A DNA stretch of 64,000 nt from Balanoglossus misakiensis (taxonomy: Eukaryota; Animalia; Hemichordata). Position numbers and translations under genes: made by a program. Below, in pieces: positions 23,538-37,153 of the stretch. The stretch lies in the NCBI GenBank assembly GCA_040954595.2, contig CM082579.2:16220550-16284549 (forward strand), given 5' to 3'. Positions within the stretch are counted from its first letter, which is position 1. Every line of letters begins with the position of its first letter. Below the pieces are notes generated by a model that saw nothing but the letters and a program-made list of their open reading frames with translations, ran no database searches and was not told where the DNA came from.

Positions 23538-26119
23538 AAATGTTTTCGATTCTCAAACAAATGAATTGCGATGTTTTTTCCACGTCTTATACTTAGCGTT
23601 GACCAGTGGACAGAATACAGAGTGTTAGTCATCCCGCTCAGCTGGAACAAAACCATTCTCGTAACTTCCGTAAGCCTAAAATCAAGACAATGTGCTGGCT
23701 CGCTCGGGACCAGGCCCGCTAGCTGCAAGCACACATTCATGATCGTAGCGTTGACGTTTCAAATTCTACCTTTCTCGTATTGATTTTACCCAGCGATATT
23801 CTTACGGAACCGTCATGGAACCGTCAGTTTTATATGACTTATGTACAACTACGGGTTCATCCACTTGTTTATTCCATTTCACAAGAAAGTTACAGCGACG
23901 GGCGAATCAGTGTAAATAGTTCCGGTTGATGACGTAGAACAGGAGTAAATTCGGATTTTTTATTCGACCTGTTCTACGTCACACAAGCGGCTATACGGGC
24001 CAGTTCATGTGATAAAACGTTGAACAACAGTGAATGCAGTAAATTAAAAAGCCCCAACTTTGAATGGAATAAACACTACTTTGGATTTTATGACCAGCAC
24101 TCTATGGAGAGTAGAGCACGATTCCTCAGGCGTTTGTTTTGTGTGTATGCTATTGTTCACTTGTTCTGATCATTGTACTTACCCATTGCATACTTACCTG
24201 GCTGATATTGTTGAAGGTTATAGTAGGTCATCTACTCTAGTGAAAATTCTAAATTGATTTGGTATTATTTGTTCTGGAGATACATTGCATAGATACATGT
24301 TGGGAGTTATCAACAAAAGAACATCAGCTGATTTCACAGAGGAAAATATTGCAAATAATGCATTTTGTATAACTTCCATTGACAATATTGATAAACCAGC
24401 TAAATATGCAGCTGCTAGAGCTGATCCAAAGGACAGAGGTTTCCACGGTACCTCTTATCAAATGGTCCAACCAAAACCAAAGTCAATTTTGAACAGTGTT
24501 GATGATATTGTTTTTGGCAGTCATGACAAACATTCAACTGTCAAAGATTTTAAGCTAATCAACATATATGGTGGTGGAAGGTGCTTTTTCAGGAGCATCT
24601 CTGTGAGAAATGATATTGCATTGCAAAATTGCGATCATCTACCTAGTGGACTCCCTTCTGACCCAATTTTAGCTGACCGAGAGAAAATATTCGCAGACAA
24701 GTTAAGAGCAGATACAGTAGACATAATGCGTGCCAATCATATATACTTTGAAGGAATGGATGATGCACAACTTGATGTCCTGTTAGACGGCACTCGTTAT
24801 ATGGACATTTTGCACAGGACACAATGTATGGAAAAGGCAGATTAATATGCTGGTATGCCAGAAATGTTATCTGTAGTGTATGTTGCAAAATGTCCATTAC
24901 ATATATACACCAAGCAGAATGATATATTTGCAAGAGGTGATGGTGATGTGTTCTCCAAGACTGAGCCTGTCTGTCTCTTGTACACACCAGACAGGCCAGG
25001 TCAACCAGGCCATTATGATTTGCTTCTTAACAGGCAGTTAATTAAAAGTAAAGATAGTCTGGTGAGTGAAAATGCACAGAATTCATTTGAACGGTGGCAG
25101 GAATTAAACAGTGGCTTTTGTTCACAAAATACAGTAGACTCTGAAATGAATGAAATTTTTGGCAATTTGTGGAAATAATACTAAAATCATGGTTGACAGA
25201 TCTATCTAAAAAATACTGGTACAGGTTTGATTGCAAAAGCCCGTACATTTACGGAGAAAAAAATCCAATGATACTGTTCATGATGATGTAGTATTTAAAC
25301 CACCTCTACTGAGACAACATCAACCACGGTCATCAATTTCGCTCTCAGATTTTGACATTAAACAAGAAGAAGCCATTGCTTGGTCAGAACTGTTTTCTGA
25401 CAATTCATTTTTGCTCTACAGAAAAATGCAATGCACAGAGCTGATATAGAAACAGTTTTTGGGGATTTTAAATCAACATTAGCAACAAATTCTAACAGTG
25501 ATGACAGTGAATGCTCAAATGTCATTTATTTGGGCATAGCAAGTGAACACGCAGACACCATTGAAACTGTCCATAACATTATCAATAAGCTGTATATGTT
25601 ACATTCAGAGTTGGTGTAAGAATAAAATACCTGGTTGTGGTTGGTGATGGGAAAACTTCCCATCACCTGATAAAGTTAAAAGACATGTATGGTGCAAATT
25701 TAGACTGGTTGCAGCCTTTTATCAGAGACTGGCACACTCTAAAAAATTACCAACCAGTCATCATGAAAATACCTGGGATGCTGGCCTAAAACATCTGGCA
25801 GGGTTCAATCATAAAGGGGGAACTTTGGAAACCCTAGTACAGTGTACAAATTTCAAGCTAACTCATCGCTTCCTAACACAAATTTGGGAAAGTATGTTTA
25901 GATGTGTTGTCAATTCCTTTTTGAATAAGAGGGGTGAAACCCATAATACCCAGCACTGTCCCTTAAATACAGAAACAGTCCAAAAATAATTACTAGAAGC
26001 TGTCACAAAATCTTTGGAATGTACTGAAGATAAAGCTGATCATATTGACAAAATTAATGGTGACCTTAAGGCTCAACTTACTCACTTGCAAGAGGAATTT
26101 CAGATTTTTTGTGACAGAA

Positions 26120-26743
26120 CACAGTACGATATTTTACCCACAATTCTCCATGATTTGTATCATCGAAGGTTGCCCATTTAATAACTTTTTCTGTTTTAGA
26201 CACTAACAATGATATGAAGTACATATAAATCTATTTATGTTTATCTAGGAAAAGTACGTTGAGGAATTAGAGTGAAATTCCAAAATCAAAATTTAAAAGC
26301 ATTAAAAATCAAAGTATTCATGTACTGCAAATGCCACACTTCGGAGGAAACAAGCAATGAGGAAACAAGCAATGATTGACTGAGGTGGCCAGTCTCTGTT
26401 GAAAGTTAACATGTAAATTTCCATTGTTCTGTCAAAAGAAAATATCAATATCTTTTTGTTTGATTAAACAGGTGTTTCAAGTGTCCCTGTTTTACTCCAA
26501 ACTTTTTGGTATGGCTGGCTATGCAATTGCTTGATTATTTTATAAAATTCGTATCTTCTCTCTCAATAATACATAATTTTCTAAATCATTTGAAATGGTA
26601 ATTGACAATAAGATTCACCTTAAAAGTAAGATCTCAAAATTTCTATTAGTGGTCTACAATTCTCTCTACACTTTGCCTGGTTTGACTGAGTAATCTCTAA
26701 TTGTACAAATCAGAATGAATTATGGGATATTTCACGTACTGTG
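26120..26743. mobile_element. Transib/RAG-like non-autonomous element
   Basis: CAGAA 5-bp duplication; ends cacagtacg-N8-cccaYaattc; removal restores Academ frame (FCDRRANTDKTF). Confidence 0.7.
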
Positions 26744-27332
26744 CAGAAGGGCAAATACAGACAAAACTTTCAAATTTTGGGTTAGATTTATAGAGGAAGA
26801 TTTGTTTGCATACATGTCTTTGTACATTGCAATAAGGTCAGGAAATTGGAACCTTCGAATATCGGCTTTGAAAAAAATGAACCAACTGTTCCATGCATAT
26901 GACCGATCCCTGTACTTGAGGTTAATTCCCAGACACCTTGCTGACCTTCTGAAGATGCCAAACTCTCTGTTGTGACATTTCAAAGCAGGTGGTTTTGTTT
27001 GCAATTTGTCAGGCTCAACTTGGGTTAATGTAGCACTAGATGAAGCCCATGAAATGTGCGTCAATAAAGATGTTAAAGCTGCATTGCATACTTCTACAGG
27101 TGGGTTAATGGAGAGAATAGCAATTTATTTACCCTATAGAGCTATGGCTGCCAAGAATCTAAAAGATCAGTTATTTTCTTTCTAAAATGAAACCCATAAT
27201 TCAGTTAGTGTACATAAAATACATGAGTCAAACTGCAGGTTGTATATCAATTGTCTTGAAGGTGCTGATGTATTTTCACCACTTAATACCGCCAGGGAGC
27301 TAACTAATATATTTTCAGATGACACAGCAAAG

Positions 27333-28333
27333 AATAGCGTCAAGGACACTGTGGTCCCATTTGAGGATTATGCGGAAACAGTGACACACCAGAATAAAAA
27401 TTACAGGTGACATTGCAAGCATATATGATCTTACGATATAGAAATATGGAATGTAAAAAAAATTGACCAAAAATTGTCTGTACAAACACATATGAGAAGC
27501 AACTTCTTTCAGTCAGCTCTGAAACAGACAGACAGACAGACACACACACTGACCTGCCACTAGTAATAAACAATTTAATAGCCCATGGTCTCTCTAACAG
27601 CTGGCTTATTGAAGTTATGTAAACATGTCTCAGTTGGGGGTAACAACTCCTTGTAAACAGTAACTTTCAAAACAACTGGACAATTGGTTTAGGAGAAAAA
27701 ACTCGCTAAATATTGAATATTTGTGATATCAGAATTGAATAAAAGTTGCACATATACATGTATGTGTTATGAAATTATATCCTAAATTTCAAAGCAATCA
27801 GAGAAAAAACAAATTTCAAAGCAATCAACAAGCAGTTTCACAAAAAAATATTTGTTCAAAAGTGGCAAAAACACAAAATTGTACAATACCTTACTTCAAC
27901 CACTACAAGGAACATGCTGCCAAAGTTCAATGCAATATGACAAGCAGTTTCAGGAAAACAATTTTTGACAAAAATTGAAAAAGTTTCCCCGATAACACAT
28001 TTATGAAAATATCACATTTTTACAACATATTATTTGGGTTACACCTACGAACATGCCTACCAAATTGCAAAGCAATCCGGCATGCGGTTTTACAGAAAGA
28101 AAAAAATTGACCAAAAATGGCAAATATTGCTCAAAATTATAAATATGCAAATTTTACAACAATTTGAACACAACTATGGTTACTCAGACAACAATTGGGA
28201 AGCTTCATACTAAATTTAAAAGAAGTAAGCCCATCACTTTCAGAAATGAAGACTTTTTACCAATAACATGGAAAAATACAAACAAATGCATAAAAAATAG
28301 GAAATCAATAATATTAGCTCAAAACATACATTA
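27333..28333 (-). mobile_element. HINE-like 'gggacc' family copy inserted in Academ ORF
   Basis: Starts atagcgtcaaggacactgtggtcccatttgagga = reverse complement of 60181-60215; gaca microsatellite. Confidence 0.6.
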
Positions 28334-29869
28334 ATTGTAGGCCAAACAAGAGAAAACTAGTGAACTTCTTGTCAGCCACATCTTTAAAAATAATTGTACC
28401 GGCTCTGCAAGGTGATCATGTCCTCATTACAGCAGGTGGCTTTGATGGGGAAAATAGGGACAAGAGTCTTTTCGTCGGTAGTAATGGAATTGTGTCTGAG
28501 TGGGAAGCCAAAAGTTGTCATGAAGAAGCTGACAGTAGATGCATCCTTCATGCAGTTCAGTCCTCTTACAAGAAAGGTGTTATTTACTCCCCTGATACCG
28601 ATACTTATCATGTTCTCCTCCCAGTACTATATCAACATGTTCAAAAGGAGATATTTGTACAACTGGATAATGATTTATCCAATCTCACTTATTTAGACAT
28701 GAATCAATTCAAATCAGATTTAAATTTAGACCCTTATTTGCAACATATTCCCCTCCAATATGTAGGCAAAATATTTCAAACAGTGTTCATATGCACAGGT
28801 TGTGACTATACTTTGCAGGCATCGGAAAGATATCTTTCTACAAGACATTTTTTCAATACCCTGAGTTTATAACTAGTGGCACCCTTATACCTGGAACACT
28901 GATAGACACAACAGTAGACAGTGTAGGGAATGGAATTTTCGCTTTCATACGTTTAAAAGGTAGTGTTTATGTTAAGAAACATTTCCAAGCATTTGATGCA
29001 TCTCATCTTTTTGAACTTTATCGACAAGTAGCCAGTGTCACTAACAGTCTTAAAGATAACCACATCAAATGGCTTACATATATATGAGAAACAATTTGGC
29101 CACGTATCCAGTATGAGGAAGAATGTATCCCTTCCTTTGAAGCCCTACAACTGCACTGGAAAAGATCATGCTGGGTCTCTCAGTAATGGTCCCAGGCCGA
29201 TCAGTGCCATGTTACGTTTCCCTTATTCAATAATTATGGATACAGACTAAGCAACGGCGAACTTGATATTATTTGGGACAGTGATGCCAATTTAGAAAAA
29301 GTGAAAAATAATTTGGAGTTGCTAACAAAAGGGTGTGGCTGCAAAAAGATGCCAACTTGTAATAGCAGATGTTGTAAATGTTATAAGACCCACAATGGTT
29401 GTGGCCCTGCGTGTCAATGCAATGACTCCAGTAATCCACATAATGGGAACCCTGGATTCTGTACCACATCGAAAAAGTATGGGGTATGCCCAAAATATAC
29501 AGATAAGTCACCACTATTAGAATCACCATCACCAATCACTGATACTGAACATCATAATATGGAAAATAGCATTGATGCAATTTTACAGGAGGAGTCACAT
29601 GAATTTGACATTTTAAGAGAAGAAGAGGGAAATATTTACGAGACTGATTCTGACTTTGATGAACTGACTGATGAATATAACTGGACGGAAGAAAAACAAA
29701 CTGATAATTCAAAGAATGGTGATTGTGATTCCAATGATGGTGACTGTGATGACATTTAATGAATCATCAATGAAATTGATTGGTCTTTTGTGGGTTGCAG
29801 CCCTATTGTGGTTTCAGTCATACCTTTCCAATCGCACCCTGTGTGTATGTGTTAATTTCAGACATGGTT

Positions 29870-30650
29870 ACTGTAACCGTGTTCCAAACAATCACCATTT
29901 TATCCGCTTGACACTGGGGTAACACAGGGATCAGTTCTTTGTCCTATACTTTTTAATATGTACACTTCTCCATTAGGTGAATTAGTTTCTAGTCATGGAT
30001 GCCTGTACATAGCTTTTATGCAGATGGCTCTTCATTGTCTTTTACCAAGAAGAATGCTCCCAGAATGCTTTCAAATCTAGAACATTGTATTTCCGATGTC
30101 GGTACTGAATGTCTGAAAATGTCTTGTGTTTAAATAACGATAAGACTGAATTTGTTATTTTTTCTGCTACTTCGGGTAATCTATCTGCCAGAGGGATTAC
30201 AGAAATGCATGTGATGCTCTGAAACCTGTTCATTGTCTGACAATGATTGCACAGATCTGCCATTCAGTCGCTTTTCATTTGCAGCATATTGCACTTGTCT
30301 GTAAATATTTATCTCAAGCCGCCACAGAGCAATAAAGTTCCTTCTTTTGTTGCATTTTGAATAGATTCATGTAATTCACTTTTATTTGGGCTCCCTAAGT
30401 ACTAGATCAGCCGTATTCAAGTTCAAAATATTGCTGCTAGTTCCAAAATCACCTTTTACATCAATGCAATTTCAGTTGCATTGGTTACCTGTGTCTGATC
30501 GTATTGTTTTCAAGATTTTATTTCTTATTTTTGAATTCATTCATAGACTTGGACCATCATATCTGTCTGATATGATCAAATTGTATGTTCCAAATCGAAA
30601 CTTGGAGTCAGCTGATCAGCTCAAACTCTGTCCTGTTCAGCCCAATGCAA
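29870..30650 (+). mobile_element. L2/CR1-group LINE reverse transcriptase remnant
   Basis: GVTQGSVL.PILFNMYTSPL, LNNDKTEF, LHWLPV..RI.FKIL...GPSYL. Confidence 0.8.
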
Positions 30651-31684
30651 TGATGACAACAAAAATTGCTTGCCTTCAGACACAAATATTTATTGCATAT
30701 ATTATCAGTGAATAAAGGGAAATGGTTTTGAAGTTACAGTTGGCATTTTGCATTCTCGAAATGTCTACTAATATCCCAGGCCACGATAAAGAGAAAAAAA
30801 ATACACCAGCTGAGCTCCTCACACGTACGTAGTCATGTATGGTAAACCTGGCATTCTGTCCATATGGGACCTACATTTGTAGGCGATAGATCGATGTTGT
30901 ATTGAAATCAGGCTAGTAATTAAGTTAAAACTTGGCTAATACGTTACCTTAGGGTGTTATACATTATCCAGTAACTGTTTTACTTAAGAATTGCCTTTCA
31001 AAAGCTGTTTTCCCCACGGTAAACGTATCGTTTCACGATCAACGCAACACTTCTGTATTTACAAGGCTAACATGGAGCCGGAGAGGTCAACGTATACTTC
31101 CGGGTCATATCGTTGAACGACATCGATTATTTTTAAGCGGACTGTTACACAAGCATTTCGAATTAATTTCTTTTCATGGATGTCGGGACCGATATTAGAC
31201 CTCTCTGTCAGGAAAGTTTGGTTAACTTCCGAGGTCGTTTTCAAATGCTTTTTGACACGTTTATGGACGTCTCTTTCGGGGTCACCAACATACCACTGAA
31301 AACACGTTAAAAACTTCTACTATTACCGACAGATTTTCATAAAATTTACGTCTGCAGTGAAAAATGGGAATCACTTTCGTAATTTATCCAGCTAACATGG
31401 TATTTTATTGCACAACAGAGCATAAAAATCAAGTTGAAAATCACCTTGAAAATTGGCCTATTGCAGTCTGTTTGAAAGTTAACGGTCGCTCGCTTGATCA
31501 ACTTTCATATGCAAATGAGCACCGTGCGATCTGACTGTGTATATGTACTCCGTGTAGACTGAATGGGACCACTGTGTCCTTGACGCAATTTTTTACACTT
31601 ATCAGGTATATGTTGACTAACACAAGCAAAAATATCACCAACTCATCTGAGAAATCTTATCCCAGGTCCTAAGGTTGTGAGATT

Positions 31685-32092
31685 AATAGAATCTCACACT
31701 CCCAAGGACTAGGGGTCATAATTCTGACATGAGTTGGGGATTTTCTGTCCCACACGAGCCGCAGGCGAATGTGGGACAAAATATCCCTGACAAGTGTGGG
31801 AAATATGATCCTAGGTCCTTTGTGTATGAGATTATATTTCTCACACGGGCACAAATTAGCCAAATTCGTCTTAAAACATTGAATAAATGACTCTTGAGTT
31901 GTCATCTGGCATGTTGTAGTTTCTTTATCCTGTCATTGGATAACATTTAGCGCACGTTATTGAAAAACGCTTTGTCATCCAATCAGCGCTCGCGTCATAT
32001 ACAGCTTTCGATTCAGTGAGTGTGTGGGATTGATTTGTTCTTACACTCTGATCCCACACTCTCAGCATGCCAGGAGTGTGAGAATCTATATA
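31685..32092 (+). mobile_element. Long-hairpin element family D
   Basis: Palindrome with central cgagccgcaggcga; terminal atagaatctcacactcc inverted at ~32072-32089. Confidence 0.65.
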
Positions 32093-32413
32093 ATTAAGAT
32101 CTACGAGTTTGAAATTTTAGGTGAAGAGTTTATCAATTTCTTTGCCAACCCTGTAGGGCATTCTGGGATATGTGTTCATGCCAAAGCACAAACAGTTATG
32201 ACCTGACAGCTCAGTTTTTACATCATTTCTACAAATCCACAAAGAAACTGAAAGTTTAGAAAAGTCAGGCCTGTTAGAAATATTAGAAATATCACTGTTA
32301 ATACTTAATTTCAAAGCCATGTGAATTTGTTCAATTTAAGAAAATTTTAAAGGAAGGGAGGATAGGTATTGACTTGAATAATTACAATGGATGTTTTTGT
32401 TTTCTATTTTCAG

Positions 32414-32533
32414 ATGTGAATGAGTGTTCAGATTCTGTTTGTGCTGGAGGTTGTCACAATGCAGAGGGTGGATTCAGCTGTAGTTGTGGTGATGATGGTT
32501 TTTCTCTGAGTGCAGACCATGTCAATTGTTTAG
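32414..32533 (+). pseudogene. cbEGF exon (DVNECSDSVCAGGCHNAEGGFSCSC), frame intact
   Basis: 120-nt phase 1-1 exon, tttcag/gtaagt. Confidence 0.85.
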
Positions 32534-34323
32534 GTAAGTTTTTTTTGAGTGGGGAGGGTATAGGCTAACAATGGCTTTGCATTTCCTGCCACAAAAGGGT
32601 GCTTACAGAAGTTGTAAGTTGCAGAGATTACAGCCAGTCACCATGTTAAAAAAGAAAATAATTTAAAGTTATCAGGCACTTTCCATAGTTAGAAATTAAA
32701 AATATAGCGTCAAGGACACTTGGTGCTCTCTCAGTGTGTAGTGGATGACGAGCAGAATGTTTGGAGAACAGTGCAAACACCACAGTGAAATGCTGAACTG
32801 ATTTGCTCATGTAATATTGAATGCAGCCTGATAACGTAGGTGCTTGACAGGGGGAAAAACCACTTGTCCTGGGCTCTAATAACTGTTTTAAATTAAGTCT
32901 TAAAAATGGCCTGCACTCACAAATGGCCTCACACAAATATATTGTCATTTCCCTCTCAGATTCTGTATATTATGTTATACTGATGGAATTCATTGTGTAT
33001 GTCGTATCAAATTGCACCAGTGCGAACTATGAGAAATGTGTTTTGAAAAAAAACAGTGCTTAGAAGTACTAGTCTAAAAGTGAAAGAAATACATTTGGAA
33101 AAAAAAATATCAGACAGCATTCAAGATCAGCTGAAGTGTTTTGATAAAATTTCTCCATATTCAAGTATATACTTTCATGTGCTGACTATAGTAGTGTAGG
33201 TGGTAGCAAAAAAATACATGAATTGTTCAAACAGAAAGTTCAATCATTTAGTTTCCCCAGTTTATGGGTGCATAGCAGTTGTGAACATAGTATATGAAAT
33301 AAATTAAAATAGTCATTGCTCTCTGGTCCATCATTTTCGGTAGAAGTGACCTGATTTCACATCAATAGTTTCCCACCCATCATTTCCAGCTAATTTCATG
33401 TAGAACAAAACTCCTATACAACATAATAACATTTCTAGAACCTTTTTTTGATGGTTGGGCCCACAGACTAACACTAGTGGTTCTAAAAAGAAACTTCCAT
33501 AACAACCTGTACGCTTGACGCATTCAAGTCAGGGCACACCTAACCCATTCAAAATATGCAAATTAGAAAAAGACGCATATGCATTATTTGTGCCTCCAGA
33601 GACACACACAGGAAATCAAGCGAGTGTGGCCACTAGCTGAAAGAGCTGAATTCAATGGATTGCCTTACAATGTTCATGATACAAGGGGGTGATGATCAAT
33701 GAACAGAACAGCGGTCCACTTTCACGCATTGTAGTGCACTGATCATGGCAAGTTGATCATGTCAAAACAAACGACGATGTTAGATAGCAGTGCTTCGCAA
33801 GTTTGACTAATTTGTATGAAAATTGTCTCGCCAAACTTTTTTCTCGCGGGTAGCAAAAACACTGCTGGCTAATCCGTTCCGATTTCTGTCCCTGTTCCAA
33901 TTCTTCCGCAACACCTCAAAGCTACACACCACCGCCAAAAACATAAAGCTAGAAAATGGTATGAATTCTTGACGGATGGAAGTAGTTTGACAGACGGTAG
34001 TAGCTCATACCCAACTTGACAGACTCCTCTGTTTACACTTCGGAGCCAAAAAAAAACGAGTTTGTTGTCTCGTGCATGGTATTTTTGGCTTTCAAACACT
34101 ACCTTGTTAAATTTAATGTGGTTACTACATTGTTTGTTTATCAGTATACAGTACTGGTACAGATAAACATATGTAATGACCAAGTTATATGCCAGATGAT
34201 ATTTATTAAGTTTCACACAATTTTGCTCTCTTGTCGTATATTTTCAAATGTGTACTCAAAGAAAACTGTAATTCACATGTATTCATTCTAATACATTTTA
34301 TGATATTTGTGTTTTCCCCGCAG

Positions 34324-34435
34324 ATGACAATGAGTGCGATCAAGCTGGTTTGTCACCATGCCAACAAGTAGGTTGCAACACACCAACCAGTTACCAGAGT
34401 GTGGTTGCAGACCAGGATTCAACATACATGCGTTT
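34324..34435 (+). pseudogene. cbEGF exon, frameshifted (DDNECDQAGLSPCQQ...CGCRPGF)
   Basis: gcag/gtgagt; frame break near 34398. Confidence 0.7.
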
Positions 34436-36020
34436 GTGAGTATCTACAATTTGGAGAGAAAGTAAGATGTATGGGTTTGTACTTAGTGTCTTATACATGT
34501 ATATGTGACACTGAAATCATATATTGTACAATCAGTCATTGGTAAATGTCTGCTATTCATGACACAGATCAACATACAGTCAAACCTGTTAGTGGCCACC
34601 TCTATTAGGCAGCCACCTCTATATAGTGGCCACTTTATTCTAGTCCCTGTGCAATTTACAACTACATTAATTGACTTTTCTACAAGGTATAATGGCCACC
34701 TATCTATAAAGGCCAGTTTAGAAAAGTCCCTTCACTAGCCATAATGAGCAGGTTTGACAGCTGTTGTGTTGATTTCTGTCTGTTTTACGTGTAACACAAT
34801 CATGACATTTTTCATAAAGAGGGCAGCCTTCCAAAATTAAGTGTCATCTCAATGCAGACAATGTGAAAAAGGTGGTCAGTAGAGTACTGCTCGAGCTCAT
34901 CTAGTTTGTTTTATACATGATACAAGTTGCGTGTAAAACTGACCTTACAATAAAATGTGGCTGTCGAACATAAGTCCCAACTATAGTGTTGATACACAAG
35001 ACTCTCAAGTTTTTACTCTGTAACCAACTGGCCTCGTGTTCGCGTCTTGGAAGGGTAACATGACTGCATAGCAATGTTTTATGACAATTTGGTACATAGA
35101 GAAATGGAATACTGTGACATTATTGACTCTGGGAACTATGTAGATGATGCCCAGCCTAAATATACTGACTGTCTGCAATTATAGTTTTAGCATTTTTGTT
35201 CAATTGCACTTTCAAGTACAGTCAAACCCGTCTAACACCAAAGGGACTGAAGAAATTGTTCAGATTGCAGGTGTCCAATTTAAAGGGTTCTTTCAACATG
35301 TGGTTCCATGTCAAAGGGTTTGAACAATGTCTTTGGAATAGACAGGTTTCCCAACAGGGTTCGGTTGAGACAGGTTTTACTGTATTTTGATACATGCTCT
35401 GGCTTAACCCTATCACCACCATGGTTCAGTCTAAACCCGTTTGTTTTCTATGGTAAGGTTGGATCTTTAAAGAGAAAACTGTTTTTTTTTTCTGGGAATA
35501 TCTTTATTTCTTCTGTCACAAAAATTGCATGGGAATTATAATTCTAAAAGGAAAACTGATTTGATAAAAGATCTCAAAGTCAAGTTTTGGATGTGGCTCC
35601 AGTTCAAGTATTGTAGGTGACTAGTTTTCTGGAGTTCAAGTCTGTATACTTGCAATAGAGTTGGTCACATGGACTTGGGTAATCTGAGTGTGTCAGAAAT
35701 TGAACTTACATACATTGAGTTGAGTAAAAGAACATGTCTGGTGTATTACTGTAATGTGACTAGATACAGCAAATGCCTTAACTATAAGCGTATGTGAAAA
35801 TACGCAGTTTTCATCAATATATCTGATTCACGAAATTAAATACACATGTTCATTAAAACCTACTATGATAGAGCGCCCCCACTGTTTAGAATGTCAATTT
35901 TGAAGTCCTACATCTATGACATCATGCCTAGCTGTCAATGTTAACTGATGTGTACTTGTACTACTAGTAAATGGAAGTATTTTAAAGTAAAGCTCAGATG
36001 CAAGTTTTTGTAAAATAAAT

Positions 36021-36600
36021 ATAATATTATATTATATCATGCTACCGTCCGTGATTCTGATTGGACGAGAGCTGAATCCAGCGATGGTAAAATACTGTTT
36101 TACCATGGCTAGCAGTGGTAAAACGGGCCCCTGAACTAGCATTCGGCAGCAAAAATGTGCGGTTAAACCACAGTCGCGCGTGTTTAAACCAAATAAATAA
36201 AACAAAAATACTGTTGAATTAACGGACGTTTTATTTTGGAACTGCTCTGTGGATATATTTGTCGCTTTGCCACGCGCGATGCCCGTCTTGTCACTTTTTG
36301 TCGTCTGCTGCATGTTTAATGCTCGATCCCGGCCGCGCGTGTTTACATTCGTCGTCGCCATTTTGGTTCACGATCGTAATTTCTCTTTCTGACGCCGTTT
36401 CGGTACGAAAATGACACTGATATGCCACAAAAACAGTTGTTGATATAATATAATAGCAATAACCCCCGCCTCAGTCGGGTATACACTCGATTTGGGTACA
36501 ATTCGCTCCATATAGCACTCGCCTGACGGCTCGTGCTATATGTCTCGAATTGTACCCAAATCTCGTGTATACCCGCCTGCGGCAGGGGTTATTGCTTAAT
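36021..36600 (-). mobile_element. Long-hairpin element family B
   Basis: Reverse complement of 12961-13812 without insert. Confidence 0.75.
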
Positions 36601-37153
36601 TAAAACGTTGCAATCATTTTAGTCCTTTGGAACAGAGGTTCAATTGACTTATGTGATCACTCTGTGTGCGGCATATGGCATATTAAGCATTTAGTATTTT
36701 TCAATCAGAAGCCATTAATCCTGTGATTAATTCTGCTTCTTGCATCATTGATTTAAATCACCACACATGAATATTTTTTTCCAAAGGACTGTGGTGCCCA
36801 AGTTTTTATGATAAGATAAACAAACAGTGAAATTCACTGAAGAAGTGAGCGAGCACTTGCCCATTCATTGTTCAATGAAAGGTGACCACCAAAACAAAAG
36901 TATTGAGAAAATAACCCGAAGTTGGAGTTACTGAGTTTTAAATTGATTTCAATAATCTCCCAAGTGAAAAGCTTGGCTTGGCTGAAGCTCCTGTAGTCAT
37001 GTTACCTGTAAGTAGATTGACACAGATGACAATGTTTGACTGTTTACACATTTCTTTGTTTGATCTTTCAGAACATTTTTTTTCATTTCTGCTGAAATCC
37101 AGTCCATCACCAATTGTGATTACTCAGTCCTGTTTACTGTTCATTGTTGACAG

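Larger units (their letters stand above)
20892..24015 (+). mobile_element. Long-hairpin element family C, interrupting the Academ ORF; second copy 38601-40566
   Basis: ~155-bp terminal palindrome then ttatcacatgaac, inverted at far end gttcatgtgataa; collinear with 38601 copy. Confidence 0.8.
19961..29759 (+). pseudogene. Academ-type transposase with OTU-like insert, XPG/PIN-like nuclease and C-terminal Cys-rich (CXC) domain; broken by stops, frameshifts and three insertions
   Basis: Motifs IDNID..FHGT, VVVGDGKT..DWHTLKNY, AIRSGNWNLR..AYDR, VALDEAHEMCVNKD, HEEADSR, SPDTD, TGCD..FAGIGK, GCGCKK..CGPACQC. Confidence 0.8.
19802..31537 (+). mobile_element. AcademX-like DNA transposon, full length, degenerate
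   Basis: ~32-bp imperfect TIR cagtcagatcgcaYggtRctcatt..catatg; TGTA duplication at 19798-19801 and 31538-31541; empty-site context gtctgtatatg seen at 38101. Confidence 0.85.
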
